Shown here: piece by piece, positions 37,385 to 50,835 of the stretch | How the letters are laid out: every line of letters starts with the position of its first letter | How positions within the stretch are numbered: position 1 is the first letter of the stretch | Source of the DNA: the human T2T-CHM13v2.0 reference genome, Homo sapiens | Assembly: GCF_009914755.1 (NCBI RefSeq) | Contig: NC_060935.1 | Reading direction: 5' to 3' (one strand) | Length of the DNA: 64,000 nt | The notes under the pieces: model-generated | The model's input: the letters and a program-made list of their open reading frames with translations, nothing else | What the model was told of the DNA's origin: nothing | The model's database searches: none | Program-made: the position numbers and the translations under genes

Positions 37385-39153
37385 GTGTGGAGCCAGCAGT
37401 TTGGGTTCCCACAGAGGCCCTTGGCAATGAGACCCTCCCTCCCAGTCAAGGGTTGCCCACTCCCAGTGATGAGGAGCCACAGCTGTCACAGGAAAGCCCC
37501 AGGACCCCCACCCACAGGCCAGCCCTCACCCCAGCTGCCCCACTCACCACAGCCCTGAACCCACCAGTGACAGCCACTGAGGAGCCAGTGGTGTCTCCAG
37601 GCCCCACCCAGACCACCCTGCAGCAGCCACTGGAGCTCACTGCATCTCAACTCCCCGCCGGCCCCACGGAGTCCCCAGCCAGCAAGGGAGTGACTGCCAG
37701 CCTCCTGGCCATCCCCCATACACCAGAGTCCTCATCCCTCCCTGTTGCACTGCAGACACCCACACCTGGCATGGTGTCAGGTGCCATGGAGACAACAAGG
37801 GTGACTGTGATCTTTGCAGGAAGCCCTAACATCACAGTCTCCTCCCGGTCGCCCCCTGCCCCTCGCTTCCCGCTCATGACCAAGGCTGTGACAGTCCGAG
37901 GCCATGGCTCCTTGCCTGTTAGGACGACACCCCTACAGCCCTCCTTGACAGCAAGTCCCTCCTCCAGACCTGTGGCTTCCCCTGGAGCCATCTCCAGGTC
38001 CCCCACCTCCTCGGGATCCCACAAGGCTGTGCTGACACCTGCAGTAACTAAGGTCATAAGCAGGACAGGGGTCCCCCAGCCCACCCAGGCCCAGAGTGCT
38101 TCAAGTCCCAGCACCCCTCTAACTGTGGCTGGAACAGCAGCAGAACAGGTTCCTGTCAGTCCCCTTGCAACCAGGAGCTTGGAGATAGTGCTATCCACAG
38201 AGAAGGGCGAAGCCGGGCACAGCCAGCCCATGGGCTCGCCTGCCTCCCCACAGCCACACCCACTCCCCTCTGCACCACCCCGCCCAGCCCAGCATACCAC
38301 CATGGCCACCAGGTCTCCAGCTCTGCCCCCAGAGACCCCAGCTGCCGCCAGCCTGTCAACAGCCACTGATGGGCTGGCAGCCACACCCTTCATGTCCCTT
38401 GAGTCAACTCGTCCCTCCCAGCTCCTCTCTGGCCTGCCTCCCGACACCAGCCTGCCCCTGGCCAAGGTGGGCACATCTGCCCCAGTGGCCACACCCGGCC
38501 CCAAAGCCTCTGTCATCACCACTCCACTCCAGCCACAGGCCACGACTCTGCCTGCTCAGACACTTAGCCCAGTACTGCCTTTCACTCCAGCAGCAATGAC
38601 CCAGGCGCACCCACCCACTCACATAGCACCCCCAGCAGCAGGCACAGCTCCAGGCCTGCTGCTGGGAGCCACATTGCCAACCTCTGGAGTCCTGCCTGTG
38701 GCTGAGGGCACGGCCTCCATGGTATCTGTTGTCCCACGAAAGAGCACCACAGGGAAGGTGGCCATCCTATCCAAGCAAGTGTCTCTGCCCACTTCCATGT
38801 ATGGTTCTGCAGAGGGTGGGCCCACAGAGCTCATGCCTGCTACGAGCCACCCTCTCACGCCCTTGGTGGCTGAGCCCGAGGGAGCCCAGGCAGGCACAGC
38901 TCTGCCAGTGCCCACATCCTATGCCCTGAGCCGTGTCTCAGCCAGGACGGCCCCCCAAGACAGCATGCTGGTTCTGTTGCCTCAGCTGGCTGAGGCCCAT
39001 GGAACCTCGGCAGGGCCTCACCTGGCAGCAGAGCCGGTGGACGAGGCCACCACAGAACCATCTGGGCGCTCAGCCCCAGCCCTGAGCATCGTAGAGGGTT
39101 TGGCGGAGGCTTTGGCAACTACCACTGAGGCCAATACATCCACCACCTGTGTT
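37385..39153 (+). CDS. OTOG: OTOG E18, mucin-like Pro/Thr/Ser-rich exon, 1769 nt, phase 1-0
   Basis: tctccgcag| acceptor; GTT|gtgagt donor; contained in ORF 37387-39381. Confidence 0.96.
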
Positions 39154-39383
39154 GTGAGTGATTTGCCAGGGTTCTGGCCACCCGTATGTGACCCCTCCCT
39201 TCATCCCTTCCTCTTCCCTGCTAGATGGAGTTTTAGTCGCTATCCTCATACCTGCCCCATGCTCCTGGTCCCTGAAAAATTCTTCAGTCTCCTATTGGCC
39301 CCTGATGCCATAGCAGGGTTCCGCCTGGCCCATCTAGGCCCTGGGGGGCTGATTGGATGGCCTAGTGTGATGCCCAGGTGACA

Positions 39384-39640
39384 ATGTGTGTGTGCTAGTG
39401 TGTGCCTGTGTGAGACTGCTGTGTGTGTTTGTGTTCACATGTGTGAGAAAATATGAGCGCTCCTGTATCTGCATGTGCTCTTGTGTGTGTGAGGAATGGT
39501 GTTTGAGACATCCTCATGTGCATCTTTGTGCCTTTGTGAGAAACTGTGTGTGTGTGTGTGTGTTTGTGTGTATAGGCTTGTGCAAGTATGCTAGGGTTTC
39601 TGTGAGTGTGAGCTAGTGTGTATACATGCCTGTGTACCCA
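39384..39640. repeat. Degenerate (TG)n tract
   Basis: Direct reading. Confidence 0.85.
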
Positions 39641-39889
39641 GACCTCTCAGCGCAGGCCAGGCAGATCTGCAGAGGTCTCAGGGAATAGGTCCCTGACCCC
39701 CGAGCTCACACTAAGTGCATCGCCAGGCCCCAGATGGCTTGTGGTGGGTAGGGGGTGAGGGCCTCTTTCCCTAGAAGGTCCCCTGCCCCGCTAGGACCTA
39801 CATGTGGGAAGGATCTGGTGCCATCACAGCTTGCAGGGTGGGCTGTAGCTCCTTGATGGTCACTCACACTTCCTCCACTCTGTACCCAG

Positions 39890-40058
39890 CCAATCGCCGA
39901 GCAGGACTGCGTCCGCCACATCTGCCTGGAGGGCCAGCTGATTCGCGTGAATCAGTCCCAGCACTGTCCCCAGGGTGCTGCTCCCCCTCGCTGTGGGATC
40001 CTGGGCCTCGCCGTGCGGGTGGGTGGGGACCGCTGCTGCCCACTCTGGGAGTGTGCCT
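39890..40058 (+). CDS. OTOG: OTOG E19 (PIAEQDC...LWECA), 169 nt, phase 0-1
   Basis: tgtacccag| acceptor; T|gtgagt donor. Confidence 0.93.
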
Positions 40059-40347
40059 GTGAGTCATGGGATCAGCGGAGCCTCCTGCATCCTCCCTGTA
40101 TCCTTACCCCAGCATGACCGCCATCCCTGATCTGTGTGTCCCAGACTCCCCTCCTGTGGGACCCCGACCTGGCAGATTTCCTACGCTTGTGACCTCTGAT
40201 CTGTGTGATGCGTGGTCTGAGCCACCCTCCAGACCCCAGGCCTCTGCATCCATCCAGGAAAAGGGCCAGGAACCTGCCCCATCTTCCTAGGCGGCCTTGG
40301 TCTTGGAGGCATCCACCTATTCTTCTTGTGCCCTGCCCCTCCCCCAG

Positions 40348-40493
40348 GCCGGTGCTCAATCTTCCCTGACCTGAGCTTCGTGACCTTCGATGGGAGCCAC
40401 GTAGCTCTGTTCAAGGAGGCCATCTACATCCTCAGCCAGAGCCCAGATGAAATGCTCACCGTCCATGTACTGGACTGCAAAAGTGCCAACCTG
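40348..40493 (+). CDS. OTOG: OTOG E20, start of VWD4 ([16 protein letters not shown]...SANL), 146 nt, phase 1-0
   Basis: ctcccccag| acceptor; weak CTG|gtgcct donor fixed by frame and protein match. Confidence 0.88.
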
Positions 40494-40876
40494 GTGCCTG
40501 CCCCATACCTCCCTCCCTGCTGGGGACTAGGAATGGGACTAGGATAAGAGGGGAGACGGAGCAGTGAGCCAGGGTACCAGAGGCAAAGACAGATGTGGAA
40601 GCCCCCCTGAGCTCCCTCTGTCTCCAGGAATGGGCAGGGCCTCCCAGGTGATGGCTCCCTTGGAGGCTGGGGAAAGAATTGAGTGGAGTGTGCCACCTCC
40701 TGGCCCCAGCCTGTCCCATTCCCAGCTTGTGCCAGCTTCCTGCCATGTAGGAGGGATGGCACAGTAGTGCAGAGGAGCTGGGATGCCACTGCAATGGTGT
40801 GGCCCGAGGTCATGGGTGCTGGCTGCAGGGAATCTCCTACTAGGATGTCCCCATAAGTCAGGTGGAAAGAGGTAGC

Positions 40877-40900
40877 TTCTTTCTCTTCTCTTCTCCCTTT

Positions 40901-40975
<75 letters not shown>

Positions 40976-41105
40976 CTCTCTGTCTGTCTTTCTCCTTCTT
41001 TCTTCTCTCTTCTTTCCCTCCCTCTCTGCCCTGCCCTTCCTTCCTTCCTTCCTTCCTTCCTTCCTTCCTTCCCTCCTTCCTTCCTTCCTTCCTTCCTTTT
41101 TTTCT
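40877..41105. repeat. Compound (TTTC)n/(TTCC)n polypyrimidine tract
   Basis: Direct reading. Confidence 0.95.
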
Positions 41106-41310
41106 GTTTTGGTCTGGGCTTGCATGAGGTCAGATGGAGCCGCAACAGTTCCATGCAATCCTGGGCACCATCAGCCCAGCCTGATGGGAGCCCCTGGCAT
41201 AGTGCAGGGGGTAGTCAGGGGAGACTGTACTCACATTTGCTGTGCCCACTCACTTGGAGGGGGACAGAGGACAGGGCTCCAAGTTGATGAGGGCTGGGTT
41301 CTCTCTGCAG

Positions 41311-41400
41311 GGGCACCTGAACTGGCCCCCGTTCTGTCTGGTGATGTTGAACATGACTCACTTGGCCCATCAGGTCACTATTGATCGCTTCAACCGAAAG
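41311..41400 (+). CDS. OTOG: OTOG E21 (GHLNWPPFC...FNRK), 90 nt, phase 0-0
   Basis: ctctctgcag| acceptor; AAG|gtgagt donor. Confidence 0.94.
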
Positions 41401-43347
41401 GTGAGTGCATCAAACAGCCAGCCTCCAGGGCAGGGCCACAGTCAGCTGAGGGACAGGGCATCCAGGGGTGGAGGGGCTGTGAGGCTGAATCATGATTCAG
41501 GGCAGGGGTGGGGAGGGGACCTTTTTTTAGAAAATAATGCAAAATTAGGTATATTTGGAAGTGATTATAATTAGAATGCTTGTGGCCACACCAATGTCAG
41601 GGGAGGAAGTATACCAGGAGGAATGGGATATTGTTGTGACAGAGAAAAAGTCGGAAAGGCAAAGAGACAGTGGGTTTAAATATTTATGGCTAAAATATCT
41701 CACTTTTGCAATTTTCACAAAAACCTATGACCACATGAACACATTACTACCAGGACCCCTACCAGGAAGTGAGGAGCCGTGAATTTAAGCTTCACTGGCT
41801 TCACTAAGTTCACCTCTGTCAAGGAGGCCGGGGTATCCAACAACAGCCCACCCCCATATGGGCATCCTCTCCAGAGGGCCCACCTTTGCTCCTCCCAACA
41901 GGTGGGCAAAGGGTACTGATCTGTCTCCTCCTCAGGTCCCAAAGTTGTGAGTCTGCCCCCAATTCCTGAGCCTTGATCTGCAGCCTTCCTTTTGGAATCT
42001 GCCCTTGAACACAGGGTGCGGCACATTTGTGGTGCTCTTAGGAGCGGGGTTTCGGACAGTAGGTTTCCTATGGGATGGAGGCTTGAACAGAAAACTCCCT
42101 GAGTTTCGTTTCTTAGTTTATAAAATTTTTCCATTAAAAAATTAACATATAATCTACATGCAGTAAAATTTACCGTATTTAGTATACAATTCTACAAGTT
42201 GCAACAAGCACCCACAGTCATGTAACTACCACCTCCAACCAGGATATAGAACAGTTTTACCATCCCAAACACTACCTCCTGCCTCTTCATTGTCAACCCC
42301 TCCCCCCTCCTGCTGACAACCATTGCCCGCTGCCCCTATAGTTATGCCTTTTCCAGAATGTCATATAAATTGACCAGAGTATATGGTGACATTCATCCAC
42401 ATTGTTGCACAGATCAGTAGTTCAATCCTTTTTATTGATGAATAGTATTCCATTGTATGTATGTACCATAGTTTATTTATCCATTAACCAGTTGAAAGAT
42501 ATTTGAGTTGTTTCCAGTTTGGTACAATAACAAATAAAGTGGCTATAAACAGTTACATACAGGTTTTGTGTAGATAAAGCCCCCAGGAGTAGATTCCCGT
42601 GTTGAACAGGAAGGATGTATTTAGCTTTACAATACTTGCCAAACTGTATTCCAGAGCAGGCATTTAGCATTCCCACCAGCAATGGATGAGAGCTCCAGGA
42701 GCTTTGCATCCTTGCCAGCACTTGGTGGCACGTGTTTGTTTGTTTGTTTAGTCATTCTAATAAGTGTCAAATAGAACCTCATTTTGGTTTTAATTTGCGT
42801 TTTTCTGCTTACTGATGATGTTGAGCATCTTTCCATGGGTTTATTTTCCATGGTATATGCTCTTTGGCAAAGTATCTGTTCAAGTCTTTTGCACATTTTA
42901 AAGATCATGTTGTTCTATTGAGTTTTGAGAACTTTTCCTGTGTATTTTGGACACAAGCCTTTTATCACATATAAATCTAATTTTCCAGTCTGTAGAGTGT
43001 TTTTCCATTCACCTACTAGTGTCTTTCGAAAGACAGAAGTTTTTTTATTTTGATGGTGTCCAGTTTATCAGTTTTTTCTTTTATGAATCATGATACTGGT
43101 GTTGTACTTGATGAACCTTGCCCAAAGTCACACAGAATCTCTCTTATGTTTTCTTCTAGAAGTTTTATAGTTTTAGGTATTACTTTTATGTGTATGTTGC
43201 ATTTTAGGTTAATTTTTGTAAATGGTACAAAGTATGAGTTGAGGTACATTTTTCAAATGTGAATACTCAATTTTTCCAGCACCATTTTTCGAAGAGACTA
43301 TTCTGTCTCCATTGAATTGTCTTTGAACCTTTATTTAAAAACCAACT

Positions 43348-43664
<317 letters not shown>

Positions 43665-43767
43665 TTATTTTGTCCTATTAATCTATCCTTTCACTGATGC
43701 TACAGTGTCTTGATTACCATTACTTATTATTAAACCTTAAAATTAGGTGGTATTGTTTTGTCTGTTC

Positions 43768-44055
43768 TTTTTTTTAGAGACAGGGTCTTTCCCTATCATC
43801 TAGACTAGAGTGTGGTGGTGCAATGATAGCTTACTGCAGCCTCGATCTCCTGGGCTCAGCAATCCCCCCACCTCAGCCTCCCAAGTAGAGGACAACAAGT
43901 GTATGCCACCATGCCTAGCTAATTTTTTAATTTTGTATAGAGATGGGGTCTCACTATGTTGCCCAGGCTGGTCTCAAACTCCTGGCCTCAAGAGATCCTC
44001 TTGCCTCAGCCTCCCAAAGTGCTAGAATTACAGGCGTGAGCCACCGTGCCTGGCC
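43768..44055 (-). mobile_element. AluJ-like, antisense
   Basis: Full-length diverged Alu. Confidence 0.9.
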
Positions 44056-45597
44056 TAGCTATTCTAATTCCTTTAACTTTTCATAGAAATTTAGAATCAG
44101 CTTTTTGATTTCTACCAAATGTCTTCCTGGAATTTTGAGTTGCATTCAATATATAGATTATTTGGGAGAAGAATAAATCTTAACACTGGTGAGTCTTCCA
44201 GTGCATGAACATGGTTCATCTCTATTTTTTTATGGCTTCTTTGATTTTTTTATTTGTGTTTTGTAGTTTTTAGTGTAAGGATCCTATACATATTTGATAG
44301 GCTTATTCCTAAGTAGTTTATATTTTTTGGTGCTATTGTAAGTAATTGTGTTGTTTTTGTTTCACTTTCCAATTGCTTATTACTAATGCAAATACAGCTT
44401 ATTTTTGCATATTGAGCTTGTATCTTGCAACGTTACTAAGCTCAGTTATTAGTTCTTAAATTCTTTGGGTTTTTCTACATAGACAATTATGTCTTCTCCA
44501 AACAGAGACAGTTTTATTTCTTCCTTTCCAATGAGTATGCTTTTAATTTATTTTCTCTCACCTATTGCACTGGCTAGGACCTCTAGTGTGATGCTGAATA
44601 AGAAAGGTTGAGAGCAATCATCCTTGTCTGATCTTAGGGAGAAGGCATTCAGTCTTTCACTGTAAGGCATGATGTTAGTTGTAGGCTTTTCACAGATGTC
44701 CTTTATCAGGTTAAGAACATTTTCTTTTATTCCTAGTTTTCTGAGAGATTTTATTACCAGGAGTAGATGTTGAATTTTGTCAAATGCTTTTTTCTGCACC
44801 TATTTGGATAATCACATTGTTTTTCTTTTTCACATTATTAATTTGATGAATTACATTGATTTTTGTGTGTTAACCCAGTCTTGCCTTCCTGGAATTTACT
44901 TCATTTGTTATATTATCCTTTTTATATATTGTTGTATCCTTATGATAGGTATTAGTCTAAATTTTCTTTTCTTGTAATATGATAGTTTACTATTGGTAGC
45001 AGAGTAATGCTGGCCTCACATAATGAGTTGGAAAGTATTCTCCCCTTTTTAATTTTCTGGAAAATTATATGTAGACTTGGTAATATTTATTCCTTAAACA
45101 TTTGGTAGAATTCAACAGTGAAGCCATCTGAGCCTGGATTTTTCTCTGGGGAGATTTTAAAACACACGTTCAATTTCTTTAGTAGGTGTAGAGCTATTTT
45201 GTTTATATATTTCTTCTTTGGTAAATTTGGGTAGTTTGCATCTTTCATAGAATTTGTCCATTTCATCCAAGTTGTTAAATTTATAAACATTAAGTTGTTC
45301 ATCATATATTCTTGCTATACTTTTAATTTCTGTAGGATCTGAATCTATGTGCCATATCTAATTCCTGACATTAGTTATTTGTGTCTTCTCTCTTTTCCCT
45401 GACTAGCCTGGCTAGAGGCTTATCAAACTTACTGTCCTTCTCAAAGAATGGCTTTATTGGTTTTCTCTATTATTTTTATATTTTCTATTTCATTGATTTC
45501 TGCTATCTTTATTATTTTCTTTCTTCTGCTTACTTTAGGTTTAATTTACTCTTCTTTTTCTAGTTTGTTAAGGAAGAAGCCTATGTCATTAATTTGA

Positions 45598-45899
<302 letters not shown>

Positions 45900-46683
45900 T
45901 CTTTTTCTAATATAAGCATTTAGTGCTACAATTTTCCCTGTACGTATTGATTTAACTGCATCCTACAAGTTTTGATATGCTATGTTTTCTTTTTCAATCA
46001 GTTCAAAATACTTTTAAATATCCCTTTTGATTTTTATTTGACCCATGAATTAAGGGTTTTGTTTAATCTTCAAATATTTTATGATTTTCCAGATGCCTTT
46101 CTGTTACAGATTTCTAATTTAATTTCATTGTGTTCATAAGACATAATTTGTCTAACTTGAATTCTTTTACATTTAGTAAGATTTATTTTATGTCCGAGAA
46201 TATGCTCTAAGTAAGTGTGTATTTTATTATTGGGTGGAGTGTTCTATGAATGTTAATTAGGTCAAATTGGCTGATAGTGTTGTTCAAGCCTTCTAAATTC
46301 TTACTAATTTTCTATCTGTTTATTCTCAGTTACTGAGAGAATGTTGAAATATCTGACTGTAATTGTTTATTTGTCTATTTCTCTTTGGAGTTTTATCAGT
46401 TTTTTTATTCACATATATTGAAATTCTGTTATTTAGGTGCATAACATGCAGGATTGTTATGTCCTTTTGATGAATTAACTCTTTTATTCTTAGGAAATGG
46501 CCATTTTATCCTGGTAAAACTCTTTGTTCTGAATTCCACTTTGTCTGACTTGCCTGTAATAACTTCTCCAGCTTTGTTTTGATTGGTTTTAGCGTGTATA
46601 CCTAATATGTATATCTAAGATGTATCTTTTTTAATCCTTTTACTTTAACCTGTTTGTGGCTTTTTATTTAAAGTGGGATTTTT

Positions 46684-46990
<307 letters not shown>

Positions 46991-49900
46991 AAAGTGGGAC
47001 TTTTGCAGGGGGTAAATAGTTGAGCCTTCAGTTTTTAAAGATCCAATCTGACAATCTCTTCCTTTTAATTGGGGATGTTTATACCATTTATGTTTAATTT
47101 GGTCCTCAACATAGTGATGTTTATATATTGTTGCTATTTATTTTCTATTTGTGACATCTGTTCTTTGTTCCCTCCTTCCTTTTTTTGCCTTCTTTGGATT
47201 GTTTTTAATGACTCCATTTCATCTCCAATGTTGGATTATTGTCTGTACTTTTTTTTTCTCCTTCAGTGGTTGCTTTAGATATTACAGTATGTAATTTTAC
47301 TTTGTCACAGACTAGCTACAAATAATATTATATTGCATCATATATACCATAAGAACTTTATAACAGTATACTGCTATTTCCTTTCACCAAGCCTTTGTGT
47401 TATTGTCATAAAATTTACTTCTATAATTATTATAAACTCCACAGTAAATTGTTATTATTTTTCCTTAAGCAGTTATCTTCTAAAGAGATTTTTAAAACAA
47501 GGAAAGTTTATATTTAACCACATATTTACCATTTTGTGCTTTTTATTCCTTTGTGTAAATCTAGATTTGCATCTGGTATCATTTTTCTTCTGCTCGAAAG
47601 ACTTCCTTTAACACTTATGTAGTACAGATCTACTGGTGATAAATTCTTTCAGCTTTTGTTTGTCAGAAAAAGTCTTGGTCTTTCCTTCATTTTTAAGAGA
47701 TACTTTCACTGGGTATAGAATTATAGGCTGATATTTTTTTCTTTCAGTACTTTATAAGACGTTGCTCCTGTCTTTTTTTTATTGAGGAGAAATTGACAAA
47801 ACATAAAATTAAGCATTTTAAAGTGAACAATTCAATGGCATTTAGTACATTCACAATATTGTGCAACCATTGCCTCTGTATAGCTCCAAAACATTTTCAT
47901 CACCCCAAAAGGCAACCCCATACCCATTAAGCAGTTTCTTCATAGTCACCTCTCCCCACAGCCCCTGCCAACTACCAATCTGCCTGTTGCCTCTGGATTT
48001 ACCTATTCTGAATATTTCATATAAGTGGAGTCAGACAATATCTGACCTTTTGTGTCTGGCTTCTTTTACTGAGCTCCATGTTTTGGGGGTTCATCCACAT
48101 TGAAGCATGTATCAATGCTTCATTTATTTTTATGGCTGGAATAATATTCCATTGTATGTATATACCACAGTTTGTTTATCCATTCATTATTGATGGGCAT
48201 TTAAGCTATTTCCATATTTTTGGCTATTTTGAATAGTGCTGTTATGAAGTTCCACTATCTTTTATCTTGCTTATTTCTGGTAAGAAATCTGCTGTCATTC
48301 TTTGTTCCTTCATACATAATGTAGTTTTTTTCTACCCCTTTTTGCTGCTTTTATGATTTTCCTTCTATAGTTGTTTTTAAGCAATTTGGTTATGATAGGC
48401 CTGGTAATTCATTTCTCTTTTGGGGACTTCAATTACATGTGTTTTAGGATACTTGAAGTGGACCCACAGATCACTTATGCTCTCTGCTCATCATTCTCTT
48501 GGGTCTTTTTTAATTCTGTGCTTCATTTCAGATAGTATTTATTGCTCTAAGTTCATTAATCTTTTCATTTATAGTGTCTAAACATATTAATTCCATTCAG
48601 TGGTTTTCATCTCAGACATGATATTTTTCATCTGCACAAGTTTGATTTGGGTCTTTTTATATCATGAACATCTCACCTTCTTCTGTTTTCCTCTATTTCT
48701 TGAGCACATATAGTTAAAACAATTTTAAAAATAATTGTTTGTATTTCCTTGTCTACCGTGTGTGTCATTTCTCAGTCAGTTCTGATTGATTTTTTCTTTC
48801 ATTATAGGTTGTATTTTCCTGCTTCTTTGCATGCCTGACAATGTTTTTAAATTGAATTCCAGACATTGTGAGTTTTGCCTTGTTGGATGCTGGATATTCT
48901 TTCATTTTATTTTTGAAAATATTCTTGAGCTTTGTAGTAGTTATGCTACTTGGAAACAGTTTGATCCTTCTGAGGCTTGCCTTTAAGCTTTGTTAGGTAA
49001 AGCCAAAGTAGCCTTTATTCTGAGTGTGATTTTATTCTTTATCCTACATACCAATTCCCTGCTACTAAAGCAACACCCTTCTGCATACCCTACCCTATAC
49101 TCTACATATTAGGAGGTTTTTCTACTATTCTCAGCCCTGTGCTAGCTCTGTGGATTTTTCTGTCTGTTTCTCTCAGGTGGTTCTTTCCCTAGTCTCAGGT
49201 AGTTTTCTCACCTGCATACATTGATCAATATTCAGCTGAAAATTCAGGACAGGGTCAGGACAGGGTTGGAGGGGGATTCTGCAAAGCTTCAGAGCTCTCT
49301 CTCTCTCTCTCTCTGTCTGCCATGCAAACTCTAGCTACCTTGGCCTTTGTGAATGTCTATCTCTTGTCTTCTAAACTCTAGGAAACCACCAGGCTCTACC
49401 TGGGTTCCTGCTCCCTGCACTGCAGCCCCTAAACTCTCTAAGTAATAACCTTGGACAATCATAAGGCTTGCCTCATTTGTTTCCATTTTTTGTTTTCAGG
49501 GATCACTCTCCTGCATTGCCAACTGTTCACGTTGGAAAACTGTTGTTTTATATATTTTGTCAGTTTGTTTGATCATTTAAGGCAAGAGGGTAAATCCAGT
49601 TCCTATTACTCCACCTTGGTTAGAAATGGAATTCTAAGTCCTTCGTTTTTAACCTTTTATTCTTTGTCCTTGCATGGAGTCCTATGAATGCAGGCGAGGC
49701 TCCTCTCTGGGCTTCAGGTATGTATGTTTACTCCCAGAACTCAGAGACTGCTCATGGATCATGAAGCCCAATCCTCTGTCTGTACAAATAGGAAGGCTCA
49801 GGCTAGGAGAGCCAGGGGCTTTCCTAGGGTCACAAAGTTTTCTTTGTGACTCCTGGGCTGAGGCTCCCTCTACATAATAGTTCATGTGCTGCATAATTTG

Positions 49901-50835
49901 CTGCATAAAACAGTCTAATCCTTTTTTAATTTTTAATTTTTATGGGTAGATAGTAGGTATATATATTTGTGGGGTACATAAGAGATTTTGACACAGGCAT
50001 TCAATGTGTAATAATCACATCACGTAAAATGGGATATCCCTCCCCTCAAACATTTATCCTTTGTGTTACGAACAATCTAATTATATACTCATTTATTTAT
50101 CTTTAAATGTATAATTAAATTACTATTGACTGTAGTCACCCTGTTGTGCTATCAAACACTAAGTCTTACTCATTCTTTTTAATTTTTCTTTTTACTCATT
50201 AATCATTCCCATCTCTTCCTCAACCCCTCCACTACCCTTCCCCTGTGTCCGTGAGTTCAATTGTCTTGGTTTTTAGATCCCACACTTGAGTGAGAACATG
50301 TTAGGTTTGTCTTTCTGTGCCTGCTTATTTCATTTAACATAATGACCTCCATTTTCACCCATGTTTTTGTAAATGACAGAATCTCATATTATTGTGGCTG
50401 AATAGTACTCCATTGTGTATAAGTACCACATTTTCTTTATCCATTCATCTGCTGATGGACATTTACATTGCTTCCAAATCTTAGCTATCGTGAACAGTGC
50501 TGCAACAAACATGGGAGTGCAGATATCACTTCGATATACGGATTTCCTTTCTTTTGGGTGTATACCCAGATTGCTGGATCATATGGTAGCTCTATTTTTA
50601 GTGTTTTGAGGAACCTCCAAACTGTTCTCCATAGTGGAGAACTAATTTACATTCCCACCAAAAGTGTGAGGGTTCCCTTTTCTCCACATCCTCACCAGCA
50701 TTTGTTATTTCCTGTCTTTTGGATAAAAGCCATTTTAAGTGGAGCGAGATGATTTCTCATTATAGTTTTGATTTGCATTTCTCTGATGATCCATGTAAGA
50801 ACATTTTCATATGCCTGTTTGCCATTTGGATGTCT

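Noticed and set aside
37647-38543. 298-aa antisense ORF
   Set aside because: Reverse-strand shadow of the GC-rich PTS exon; no independent domain or gene structure.
40424-41287. Lys/Glu/Arg-rich and Phe/Leu/Ser-rich ORFs on both strands
   Set aside because: Translations of the (TTTC)n/(TTCC)n microsatellite.
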